This document shows positions 50,357 through 58,922 of a stretch of 64,000 nt of DNA, piece by piece. Made by a program: the position numbers and the translations under genes. Location of the stretch: positions 8,475 through 72,474 of the IMG/VR virus record IMGVR_UViG_3300005253_000262. One strand, given 5' to 3'. The notes beneath the pieces were generated by a model. That model saw only the letters and a program-made list of their open reading frames with translations. It made no database searches and was not told where the DNA came from. The DNA is from a virus. Position 1 is the first letter of the stretch. Every line of letters starts with the position of its first letter.

Positions 50357-50849
50357 CATGATCGCCGCCGAAGAACCATCAGAAGTGACCAATTGGCCTG
50401 AAGGTGTTTCAGATGGACTCATTCTGCCCTGTGCAGTTTGCGGAAACAAAGTATCGTTTGACTACACAGTCAGTGATGAAGCATGGGACCTTGTCGTTTC
50501 GCGAGAACAGAGGTTGGGTGTTATATGTCTTTCGTGCTTTGATCAAATAGCCGCAAGCAAGGGTATCGACACCGTTGAACATCTAAAGCTGGTCCAGTTC
50601 GTTGGAGTTAACAAAACAATTGGGCTGCGATCAATTTGGGAGCACGATCGTGACTGACAAGATGACGGCAATTGAAGAAGCGCGGATGCATCGGTATAAT
50701 ATCGAGCAGGAGATATGCAAGCGTCTTACGGAGTTCACTAATGAAACAGGGCTACGCGTCACGACGCTGGACTTGAGTTGCATAGATTGTCGGACTGTAG
50801 GCGATAAACGTGATCTAACCGCCTACAGCCTACGCATAGAGGTAACAAT

Positions 50850-51114
50850 ATGACCAGACAATTTAGCAGACGCGAGATACTACGTGCTGCTGCACTAGGT
50901 GGTGTGTTTATAGCGGGCGAGTTCTGGTTCCCCGGACAAAAAGCTAATCTCAATCCCCCGACGTGGAACACGTGTGCGACTACTGGATGGGAGCATGATC
51001 ATCTTCGACGACTGGTTGGCCTTCACAGAAAGGAATATGTGGATACCCCTCGACGATCAGTTGTTCATAAGCCTCCATACGGGATGCTACGGCGTGAAGG
51101 TGGATGACGTTTGA
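50850..51114 (+). pseudogene. twin-arginine-leader protein 2, apparently frameshifted at A5 run 50938-50942
   Basis: FSRREILRAAALGGVFIAGEFWFPGQK; removing one A gives KLISIPRR, matching paralog KLVSIPKR, open to 51114. Confidence 0.55.
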
Positions 51115-51123
51115 AATTGGTCG

Positions 51124-51152
51124 TTGATTTCACCTTATGAGTATTATATAAT
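51124..51152 (+). promoter_or_regulatory. sigma70-type promoter
   Basis: TTGATT-N17-TATAAT. Confidence 0.7.
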
Positions 51153-51218
51153 AAATATACACGCTAAGATAAATGACGTGTAACATGTTACATAAACCTG
51201 ATGGACAGGAGAAAGACA

Positions 51219-51563
51219 ATGGCAGGCAAGAACGCACAAACCGACAAAGACAAAGGCAAGGAAGAAGTCAAGGGCCAAGGGCGCGCGGTAGTACTTCCGA
51301 ACGGTGAGCGACGTATCGACTACATCCGCAACGGGTATTACAACGCCAAGACGGGCCTTCACGGCGAAGCACAGAAGTCCCGTGTGGACATCAAGAACGC
51401 GATCAACGACATGCTGAAGAAGGCAGGGCCTGAATTCGGCGAGATCATGTACCAGATCGTATTCTCCGCCACCAAGACGGACAAGGATCCGCGTGTCACG
51501 GCGAAGGAAAAACTCGCCGCATCTGCGAAAGCAGGCGATGACAAAGGCGCGGAAACCAAGTAA
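51219..51563 (+). CDS. basic DNA-binding protein (distant HTH paralog 3)
   Basis: RIDYIR...SRVDI...YQIV resembles paralogs 1/2; own promoter and terminator. Confidence 0.6.
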   Translation: MAGKNAQTDKDKGKEEVKGQGRAVVLPNGERRIDYIRNGYYNAKTGLHGEAQKSRVDIKNAINDMLKKAGPEFGEIMYQIVFSATKTDKDPRVTAKEKLAASAKAGDDKGAETK

Positions 51564-51590
51564 GGCTCAACAGTCGAGTCGTTGAGTAGG

Positions 51591-51628
51591 AGGGTCTCCG
51601 GGTTGTCCGATGCGGAGACCCTTCTTTC
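51591..51628 (+). terminator. intrinsic terminator
   Basis: AGGGTCTCCG/CGGAGACCCT + TCTTTC. Confidence 0.75.
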
Positions 51629-51646
51629 TACCTACAGGAAACAGGT

Positions 51647-52144
51647 GTGGATTTCAAAGAACTATCAAGCGGAATAGGGCACGAGGATCCTCTAGCCCTC
51701 CTAGCCTTCGATCCTGGCCACACCACAGGATGGGCATTCTTCGAGGAAATGGAGCTTAAGTTCTGCGGAGAGGTAGATACCGATGACATAGAGACAGCCG
51801 TCGGAACACTAAGCAAACTATTCGAGCTATATGAGCCAGGCAGAGTAGTCATAGAGGACTATCGCGTGTACAAGTGGCGTGCTAAGCACCATGTAGGCAG
51901 TCAGATGATGACAACACGAGTCATTGGCTGCATCGAGACCCTATGCATCCAGCAGGGGATCTACGAAATCACTAAACAACCAGCCCACATTGCTAAAGGC
52001 TTCTGTACCAACAAGAAGCTAAAGGATTGGGGGTTCTATCAAGCCAGCCAGAAGCATGCCAACGATGCAATTCGTCATGGGTGTTACTACTTATTGTTCG
52101 GGCCAATCAAACACAAGGACCGTCAAGGAAGTACAGTAGGATGA
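51647..52144 (+). CDS. RuvC-like Holliday junction resolvase
   Basis: LAFDPGHTTGWA, VVIEDY, HANDAIRH. Confidence 0.85.
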   Translation: MDFKELSSGIGHEDPLALLAFDPGHTTGWAFFEEMELKFCGEVDTDDIETAVGTLSKLFELYEPGRVVIEDYRVYKWRAKHHVGSQMMTTRVIGCIETLCIQQGIYEITKQPAHIAKGFCTNKKLKDWGFYQASQKHANDAIRHGCYYLLFGPIKHKDRQGSTVG

Positions 52145-52560
52145 CACGCGGTGATAGGGAAAATAGTCTAATGATGACAATAAAAACATCCGAGCATGAT
52201 TGCTATGTGCTGTGCGCGAAAGCCCCAAAAGGGAACGTGGGCGCATTCAAGTCACAATTAGGCTCTGATCCTATCTGGATAGAACAGGACATTTGCAACG
52301 CACCAAAAATTCCGACGATAGTCGGTGAATGTTTTCTGGACGCCAGCCTTATTCATTGTGCGGGATGGAATCTTGAGAAGTCGATTTATCTACACCACGC
52401 ATTCGATACCGAAAAGGACAAATGGGAAGCCATTGATGAGGAAATTGCTGATATTCCCGACCTTGAATATGTCTGGCTTTCGATCAGGGTCTTGCACAAT
52501 GGAGATTTGCTGGCTGTTTATCCAGGCGCCCGCATAACTAAAGAGTCTGGGTTTATTTAA
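52141..52560 (+). CDS. hypothetical protein
   Basis: ATGA overlap with RuvC-like stop. Confidence 0.5.
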   Translation: MTRGDRENSLMMTIKTSEHDCYVLCAKAPKGNVGAFKSQLGSDPIWIEQDICNAPKIPTIVGECFLDASLIHCAGWNLEKSIYLHHAFDTEKDKWEAIDEEIADIPDLEYVWLSIRVLHNGDLLAVYPGARITKESGFI

Positions 52561-52582
52561 CCCAGCCCCGACAGGAGCAAAG

Positions 52583-52855
52583 ATGAGCGACATAAATCCA
52601 AGTCATTATGACCTAGAAGTCAAAGGGCACAGGTTCGAAGTAGCTGACTTGATGGAAGCACGCTTCGACAGTGACGCGCACTTAGCACAAGCATTGAAGT
52701 ACATGATGCGCGCTGGGCGCAAACCTAATGTATCGTACATTAAGGATGTGAATAAGTGCTTGTGGTGGTGTGCTAAGGCTATTCTATTCCACAAAGGCAC
52801 AGTGGAGCTACCAGAAGAAGCAATCCGTCAAATACGATCAAGGAAGAAGGCATGA
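52583..52855 (+). CDS. DUF3310-like protein
   Basis: INPSHY...ALKY..RAG.K....D..K..W. Confidence 0.8.
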   Translation: MSDINPSHYDLEVKGHRFEVADLMEARFDSDAHLAQALKYMMRAGRKPNVSYIKDVNKCLWWCAKAILFHKGTVELPEEAIRQIRSRKKA

Positions 52856-53250
52856 CGGATAAGCAATGCGTCGGTTGTGGTAACTATAAGAAGCGGGCAC
52901 AGTTCTACAAGAGCAAAAGTACCTATGATGGACTAAACCGATATTGCAAGGGGTGCTGTAAGGTAAACAGGGCACTAGAGGCGGTCCGTAAGCGGGACAA
53001 GAAGTCTAAGGTTAGCATGCGACAGATTCATCGTGCACAACACCTAGGCGTAGAGTGTGATCATAGCGTCAAGCTCGTAGAGGTATTTAAGAAGTATTTC
53101 GGGATATGTGGCATCTGTGAGAAGTGGGTACAACCGAAACAAGCATCAATGGATCATATATACCCCCTTAGTAAGGGTGGTGGTCATATATATGACAACA
53201 TCCAGCTATCACATCTGCTATGTAACCTCAGGAAGGGTAATAGAACATGA
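52852..53250 (+). CDS. HNH endonuclease
   Basis: CGIC...SMDHIYPLSKGGGH..DNIQLSH..CN.RKGN. Confidence 0.9.
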   Translation: MTDKQCVGCGNYKKRAQFYKSKSTYDGLNRYCKGCCKVNRALEAVRKRDKKSKVSMRQIHRAQHLGVECDHSVKLVEVFKKYFGICGICEKWVQPKQASMDHIYPLSKGGGHIYDNIQLSHLLCNLRKGNRT

Positions 53251-53501
53251 GTGACTTTCCATACATCCAAGAACCGGAATCTCTGCGCCTCGAATTGAAT
53301 CAAGTTCGTGCTGCACTGAAACAGGCGCAGGAACGGACTCAAAAAGCTGAGGAACAAGGCATCGCAGAAGGCAGAATTGTCCACAAGTGCAACCTACGCA
53401 TCGAGCAGCTTGAGGTGGCGCTAGAACATGCGCAAACAATCATCAAAGAACACCTGCGACGCATCAGTGAGCTTGAGGCCGTCTCGGACATGGACAAATG
53501 A
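53247..53501 (+). CDS. coiled-coil hypothetical protein
   Basis: Heptad pattern; ATGA-coupled. Confidence 0.55.
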   Translation: MSDFPYIQEPESLRLELNQVRAALKQAQERTQKAEEQGIAEGRIVHKCNLRIEQLEVALEHAQTIIKEHLRRISELEAVSDMDK

Positions 53502-53622
53502 GCGTCTCGCTATGGTTTGTTCTCGGTTATGGGGTCCTTGCCGGGCTACCGCTTTTAGTAGTTTGGATCAGGGTCACACGCGCCATAAAGAAAGCGGAAG
53601 CCGAGACCGCGGAGGGCTGAAC

Positions 53623-53796
53623 ATGATTTGGACGAGAGAAATACCCTCTGGGCCAGGATGGTACTGGTGGAGACGTAGTCGTCGAGGCAATATCGAACCT
53701 ATTCACCTCCCAAAAAGAGGCATGTGGTACTTTGGCGGTGAATGGTTTACTACACCTATAGAGGAACCCCATGAACAAGTTCATACTGCTGATTAG
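53623..53796 (+). CDS. Trp-rich small protein (paralog of 45105)
   Basis: GGAGG RBS; WTREIPSGPGWYW...GEWF..PIEEP. Confidence 0.65.
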   Translation: MIWTREIPSGPGWYWWRRSRRGNIEPIHLPKRGMWYFGGEWFTTPIEEPHEQVHTAD

Positions 53797-54163
53797 CATC
53801 CTACTTCTTACAGGATGCGCAAGCCAAGATCCCTGGACCAAAGGCGACACAATATTGGAGGTTATCTACGTAGGGACGGTAATCGCTGATGGCCTGATGA
53901 CATCCAAGATTCAGGATCACCCGAATATCGTAGAGGTTGGGCCCATCGCTAGACATGCTCTGGGGCAGAACCCGAGTACAACGGGGACGTGGTTGTATAT
54001 GGGAACGGCTGCACTTTCGCACTACCTGGTAGCGAAGATTCTACCGCGTGGTTGGCGTACGTTTTGGCAGATAGGAGGAATCTATACGCATGGCTCTGCA
54101 GTTATTGATGGACAGCAACTAGGGATATTTAGCGAACCCTGCACAGTGCACGCTTGTGAGTAA
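53771..54163 (+). CDS. lipoprotein with hydrophobic segments
   Basis: Lipobox LTGC; D..T....E..P...LG.NP. Confidence 0.65.
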   Translation: MNKFILLISILLLTGCASQDPWTKGDTILEVIYVGTVIADGLMTSKIQDHPNIVEVGPIARHALGQNPSTTGTWLYMGTAALSHYLVAKILPRGWRTFWQIGGIYTHGSAVIDGQQLGIFSEPCTVHACE

Positions 54164-55583
54164 CCTACCTGAAGAGTTTGGCTATCAAGGCTACATCCGA
54201 GAGAAGATCGTCAAGCTGCTACGGACGGGTGTGCTTGCAAAGCCGGGTAGTGGTAAAACACGGCCCATCATCGATGCGTTAGTCGAACTTGGGAGGATAT
54301 ATCCTCCCGCAGAGGATCAATACAAGTTCCCTTATGGCCCTATTTTGGTGGTCTTCACAGGATCGGCAGTAGGTACATGGAAACGGCAACTACCTCTCTG
54401 GACTGAGGATCCTACACTTGGGGACTGGATCATTCACGTCAGTGGTTCAAAGCATCAGCGGTGTATACAGTGGGCTGGAGCTGAAACATCCAATGCAGGC
54501 ATCTACATAATAAACCACAGCATCTTCTGGCGTGACTATGCAATGATCAAGCGGGTGAAGTGGGCTGTCGTTATCGCGGATGAATATCACAAGTTTATGT
54601 TACGCCGTAAGCCTGGGAAGACTTTCAAACTATTCCGCAGCCTCACTAGGCATACAGAAGTAGTTGTACTAGCTTCGGGGTCCTCACTGAGGAAAAATCC
54701 CTCTTCGATGTGGACGCTATTTACCATCGTTGCACCAGGGAAGCTCTTCGGAAGCTATTGGAAGTTCATCAAGACGTGGTGTATCGTAGACGATGATGGC
54801 TTCGGTCAGGTGATTCTAGGACCTAAGAACGTTGAGGAGTTCAAGAAGCTTGTCGATAAACACCACGCATATGTCCCCGCTGCAGTAGTTGCAGAACAAG
54901 TCCCTGAGGGTAGACGGCAGGCACTCTATGTCGAGATGACCAAAACACAAGGGCGGGTGTACAACGATCTCAATGCGGAGATGATCGCAATCCTGGAGGA
55001 CACCATAGTCGTAGTCAAGAACCCTCTTGCGAAGACCCTGAAGCTCCGACAACTGCTTTGCTGTCCCAAGATTATTGACCCTAGCTTGGATATGGGTGGG
55101 GGGTTCGAGGCAATCGTGGACCAGTTGGATGTGACACCACACTGTATAATCTTCGTGCCTTTCCGTCCAGCATGTGTACTTGTCCAGGATGAGTTAATCC
55201 GCCGCGGCTGTAGAAACGTATACATGATGCGTGGAGGAATCACCCCCGAGCAGCAGACGTGGGAAATAAACGCATTCAAGGAGATGCGCGGTATCATGAT
55301 CTGTACTATCGCGTATGCTGAGTCCTTTGATCTCGAGACTTGTGCTACAAGCTACTTCCTCGGGTATGATTACAGCTTGGATGTGAACCAACAGGCCGAG
55401 GGGCGGACCCAGCGAGCGATCTCCGATCACGAATTCGTAACCTGGAACTATTTAAGGTACAATAACACAATTGATGAACACTTCCTAACTATCCTAAGTG
55501 CAGATCTTCGTAACGTCGGCAGAGTCCAAACACGTCCTAGGGAGTTCATCGAGTGGTTAAAGGGCCATCGCGGTGGGACTTAG
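54156..55583 (+). CDS. SNF2-like superfamily 2 helicase
   Basis: PGSGKT, ADEYH, ASGS, LKLRQL, QAEGRTQR. Confidence 0.88.
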   Translation: MSNLPEEFGYQGYIREKIVKLLRTGVLAKPGSGKTRPIIDALVELGRIYPPAEDQYKFPYGPILVVFTGSAVGTWKRQLPLWTEDPTLGDWIIHVSGSKHQRCIQWAGAETSNAGIYIINHSIFWRDYAMIKRVKWAVVIADEYHKFMLRRKPGKTFKLFRSLTRHTEVVVLASGSSLRKNPSSMWTLFTIVAPGKLFGSYWKFIKTWCIVDDDGFGQVILGPKNVEEFKKLVDKHHAYVPAAVVAEQVPEGRRQALYVEMTKTQGRVYNDLNAEMIAILEDTIVVVKNPLAKTLKLRQLLCCPKIIDPSLDMGGGFEAIVDQLDVTPHCIIFVPFRPACVLVQDELIRRGCRNVYMMRGGITPEQQTWEINAFKEMRGIMICTIAYAESFDLETCATSYFLGYDYSLDVNQQAEGRTQRAISDHEFVTWNYLRYNNTIDEHFLTILSADLRNVGRVQTRPREFIEWLKGHRGGT

Positions 55584-55774
55584 AGGTGTGGGCAGCAAAA
55601 GTCGCAAACCTGGCCGCAAGATGGCATCCTCGGACGATGACTTTGAGAAGCTCCATAGGGACTTTGCGCGTGGTTGGTATGAATGCAGTGGTGCTTACGG
55701 CTCTATATCTCGCACCAAGACCATTGAACTACCTGAGCCAAGAAAGCACCTCAAAAAAAATTGATAGTCCCCTC

Positions 55775-55804
55775 TTGATGACCACATAGTAGTTCCTATA
55801 TAAT
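55775..55804 (+). promoter_or_regulatory. sigma70-type promoter for recombination operon
   Basis: TTGATG-N18-TATAAT. Confidence 0.7.
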
Positions 55805-55845
55805 TACTATATTAGATATTGTATGGTATTAGTAGGATATAGGAT

Positions 55846-56931
55846 ATGCCCGACAGGGTGGCAATAATCAGGACCAGCGATCGCCAGCTCTTCAAGCGGT
55901 GTCGTCGCAAATGGGGCTGGGGTAGTGGGCTCCGACAAAACCTAAAGATTAAAGACTCACCCAGCTACTTCTGGATCGGATCCGGCGGCCACTTTGCACT
56001 AGAGGACTACCATGGCTACAACCACTACCAACATCCAGTTGAAGCGTTTCGGGCGTATGTTACGGCGTGCCGGGCTCTCAAGTCAAAGGTTGGCTTCGGT
56101 CTTCCGGATGACTGGGAAGAACAAACCACCCTCGCCGAAGGGATACTCGAGTATTACCTCATCTGGGCAAGTGAGCGTGACACATATAAAACTGTCTGGA
56201 TCGACGGAAAACCACAAGTAGAGGTCAAATGCCAGATCGACCTCACTCCCTACATTAGCAGACTACTACTTATAGATAGTGGCTATGATAAAGTCATATA
56301 CCAGCTCACACTTGATCGGCTGGTGGAGATCGAGGGGGAGTACTGGATCCAGGATTGGAAGTTCTACAAGAGCTTCGCTCAAGGGGCACTAGAATACGAC
56401 CAGCAAATGAGTGCGTACATATGGGGTGCTGCTACAATCTTCGAGAAGCCCATTGCTGGCGCGATCCTCCATGAGTTCCTCAAGAAACTAGCAAACCCTC
56501 CCAGAGTCCTAGGTACTGGTAAGATTAGCACTGCAGAGAAACAGGGAACCACACATCGCCTATATAGGGAGGCACTAATCGAAGTATATGGCAATGTACA
56601 GAAGGCTACTCACAAACACCTAGAACGCCTCAACGACCTTGCCGCGCGTGAAACTGAAGACCGCGATGACTTCATCAAACGAGCTAAGACACGGCGTACG
56701 CCACTACAACAACAAGCAGAAGGCACGAAGATCCTAATGGAGGTCGAGGACATGATTAATCCCAACCTCCCCCTATATACCAATGCTACGCGCGACTGCA
56801 ACTGGGATTGCAACCTACAAGACATATGCCTAATGATCGACCGCAATGATGATTGGGCCCACCAGCTGAACGACATAACAGCACAACGAGACGAGGAGTT
56901 CGACCAATGGCGACAGCATCTCCCAACGTAA
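55846..56931 (+). CDS. PD-(D/E)XK Cas4-like exonuclease with Fe-S cysteines
   Basis: CRRKW, G...H, LDRL...IQDWK, QM.AY, CNWDC....IC. Confidence 0.85.
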   Translation: MPDRVAIIRTSDRQLFKRCRRKWGWGSGLRQNLKIKDSPSYFWIGSGGHFALEDYHGYNHYQHPVEAFRAYVTACRALKSKVGFGLPDDWEEQTTLAEGILEYYLIWASERDTYKTVWIDGKPQVEVKCQIDLTPYISRLLLIDSGYDKVIYQLTLDRLVEIEGEYWIQDWKFYKSFAQGALEYDQQMSAYIWGAATIFEKPIAGAILHEFLKKLANPPRVLGTGKISTAEKQGTTHRLYREALIEVYGNVQKATHKHLERLNDLAARETEDRDDFIKRAKTRRTPLQQQAEGTKILMEVEDMINPNLPLYTNATRDCNWDCNLQDICLMIDRNDDWAHQLNDITAQRDEEFDQWRQHLPT

Positions 56932-57791
56932 AGACCGAAGCAAAGCAAGCGGTCAGGCCCCCGCAGTTTAGGATTGAGACCGTAGAGCAGAAGGAGCGGT
57001 ATCTGAAGCTCCTGATATACGGCAACTACGGTGTGGGTAAAACGACACTTGCTGCATCTGCATTAATGGTCCCATCGATGCGGGATGTGTTGTTGATCAG
57101 CGCCGAAGCAGGTGATCTCAGTGTATCCCACATGAAAGGCCTCGATGCTACTACCATACGGGACTTCAAGGCACTTGGCTATATCAACGAGTTCCTCAAG
57201 CAGCATTGCAAGGCGCGCGACGAGGACAATGAGAAAGAACTCATCAAGCTAGAGGCGTTCAATAGGGGTGTAGAGGCGTCGAAGATCAAGAAGGCCAAAC
57301 GCTACAACACTGTCATTGTTGACAGCCTCACCGAGGTGGAAGCCTACTGCTTTAATCAGCTCCTAAGCATCACTGATGCCACGCGTTTGGATACCGAGAC
57401 ACAAAGCTCCGAGTGGACTGAATACAAGAAGAACCATACGATGATGCTTCGAGTTGTCCGGGCATTCAGGGACCTGCCAATGCACGTTATCGTTACGGCA
57501 GCTGAGCAGTACCAACAGGACGAGACAAAGAAAATGAAGTTCTCGCCTGACCTAACAGGGAAGCTAAGTAAGAAAGTCCAGGGCTTCTTTGATATGGTGG
57601 GCTACTACCAGCAAGCGCGTAAAGGCGACGACCTAGCACGGCGTCTCTACGTAATGCCGTCGCCCTCAGGAAGGTATGATGCTAAGCATCGTTACCAGAC
57701 CTACAAGGGTGAATACTTCGATAACCCAACGATTGGGACGATCCTCAAAGAGGTAGGCTTGCTCGACAAAGGTGGGGCGTCACTGAAATGA
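56907..57791 (+). CDS. Sak4-like AAA ATPase (ssDNA annealing)
   Basis: LIYGNYGVGKTT, VIVDSLTE, AK.R; between exonuclease and SSB; GAGGAG RBS. Confidence 0.8.
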   Translation: MATASPNVKTEAKQAVRPPQFRIETVEQKERYLKLLIYGNYGVGKTTLAASALMVPSMRDVLLISAEAGDLSVSHMKGLDATTIRDFKALGYINEFLKQHCKARDEDNEKELIKLEAFNRGVEASKIKKAKRYNTVIVDSLTEVEAYCFNQLLSITDATRLDTETQSSEWTEYKKNHTMMLRVVRAFRDLPMHVIVTAAEQYQQDETKKMKFSPDLTGKLSKKVQGFFDMVGYYQQARKGDDLARRLYVMPSPSGRYDAKHRYQTYKGEYFDNPTIGTILKEVGLLDKGGASLK

Positions 57792-58177
57792 AAAGGCGTG
57801 AGTTCCTCATAAGTGTTGGTGCTGTACCTGTAGCTGTGTACTTTGCAGGGCTACCAGAGATCACTGAGGCTGTTGTTGAACGCGCTACCACACCAATTGG
57901 ACTACAACCATGGCAATTAAGGATCTGGGCGGCGCTTGAACGCGGCAAGGACGTAATATATGTGACCAGCACACAAGTAAATGCTTGGCGTGTGTTTAAC
58001 CTATTCAAGCGCCATAAGAAACTGTTCTGCACAAGTATCAATGGTGCACTCTATGGAAGGCGCGCTGACCTCATAATAATGGATGACTTCGTAGACGATA
58101 TCGATCCTGATTGGTTCAATTCATGCATACGAACTCGATTAACCCGCAACGGGAAAGTTGACTGGGCATATACATGA
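57788..58177 (+). CDS. twin-arginine-leader protein 3 carrying a terminase-ATPase-like fragment
   Basis: MKRREFL leader; GALYGRRADLIIMDD...WFNSCIRTRL vs own TerL GPLVGRGADLMLIDD...WFKSTAYTRL. Confidence 0.6.
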   Translation: MKRREFLISVGAVPVAVYFAGLPEITEAVVERATTPIGLQPWQLRIWAALERGKDVIYVTSTQVNAWRVFNLFKRHKKLFCTSINGALYGRRADLIIMDDFVDDIDPDWFNSCIRTRLTRNGKVDWAYT

Positions 58178-58428
58178 ACAACATCAGACTGGGCACACAA
58201 GTACGAGATACCATAACTGGGTTTGAAGGAGTAGCTATTGCGCGCACTACGTGGTTACACGGTTGTGCACGGGTTACCATACAGCCCAAAGAGCTTAGGA
58301 ATGGGATCCCTATCGAATCCCAGGTGTTCGACGAACTTCAACTGGAGAAGGTTCGAAAGAAGTCGGTATCTGCTTCAGACGGCAGAACTGGTGGGCCACA
58401 AGACGACGCAAAGGCGTTATCACGGTGA
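58174..58428 (+). CDS. phage hypothetical protein
   Basis: LG..VRDTITGFEG...R..WLHGC.R...QP motif common in phages. Confidence 0.65.
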   Translation: MNNIRLGTQVRDTITGFEGVAIARTTWLHGCARVTIQPKELRNGIPIESQVFDELQLEKVRKKSVSASDGRTGGPQDDAKALSR

Positions 58429-58628
58429 GTAAGAACGTCTGGGTAACGGTTACGATCGTAGACGATACTGAGAATCGATTGGCGATCCTCGTAGACCATG
58501 GCGCCGAAAGCGACGTATGGATTCCGCGGTCACAAATTAAGGACCAGACAGAGCATCCATTCCAAGAGGGTGATACCCTTGAGATCGAGATCCCGGAATG
58601 GCTAGCACTTGAGAAGGGAATGATATGA
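58425..58628 (+). CDS. small beta-barrel hypothetical protein
   Basis: T..AILV....WIPRSQI...IPEWLA.EKG. Confidence 0.65.
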   Translation: MSKNVWVTVTIVDDTENRLAILVDHGAESDVWIPRSQIKDQTEHPFQEGDTLEIEIPEWLALEKGMI

Positions 58629-58634
58629 AATAAC

Positions 58635-58779
58635 GATCGAGGTGGCGAAATCCAGACGCTGATGCTGTGGGAGTCTTAGGAAGGTGTGCCACAGCCCTGA
58701 GAATTAGTGGTGCTATATCTACCAGCCACTGATCACGAATTACTAAGACGTGTAGGTGAAAATCCTGCCCTTGATCACC
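58635..58779 (+). ncRNA. tRNA-like RNA with pseudoknot replacing the anticodon arm
   Basis: Acceptor GATCGAGG/CCTTGATC+ACC, Leu-like D arm TGGCGAAATCCAGACGC, T arm GTAGG-TGAAAAT-CCTGC, crossing stems GCTGTGG/CCACAGC and GTCTTAG/CTAAGAC. Confidence 0.65.
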
Positions 58780-58840
58780 TTTCAGACGCCTCATAACGAG
58801 GACGAGAACGAGAACGAGGCTCTGAACGAATTTAAGATGT

Positions 58841-58884
58841 GCTTGATACTGCCGTAAGTGTCAAGCTTCCATTCAGATACGGCA
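58841..58884 (+). promoter_or_regulatory. H-type pseudoknot in SSB mRNA leader
   Basis: GCTTGATAC/GTGTCAAGC stem; loop TGCCGTA pairs with TACGGCA 58878-58884. Confidence 0.65.
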
Positions 58885-58922
58885 ACTAAATACATACGAC
58901 AACATGCCTAGGAGTAAGTAAC

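Noticed and set aside
55846-56931. CRISPR-Cas system suggested by the Cas4-like gene
   Set aside because: No repeat-spacer array or other cas genes; context is exonuclease-Sak4-SSB recombination
58664-58749. HDV-like/theta ribozyme within the tRNA-like RNA
   Set aside because: Crossing helices are present, but P3/L3 and the GG of P1.1 do not fit the consensus on either strand
58635-58779. Canonical tRNA-Leu or tmRNA
   Set aside because: No anticodon stem-loop, non-canonical T loop, and too short for tmRNA with no tag frame
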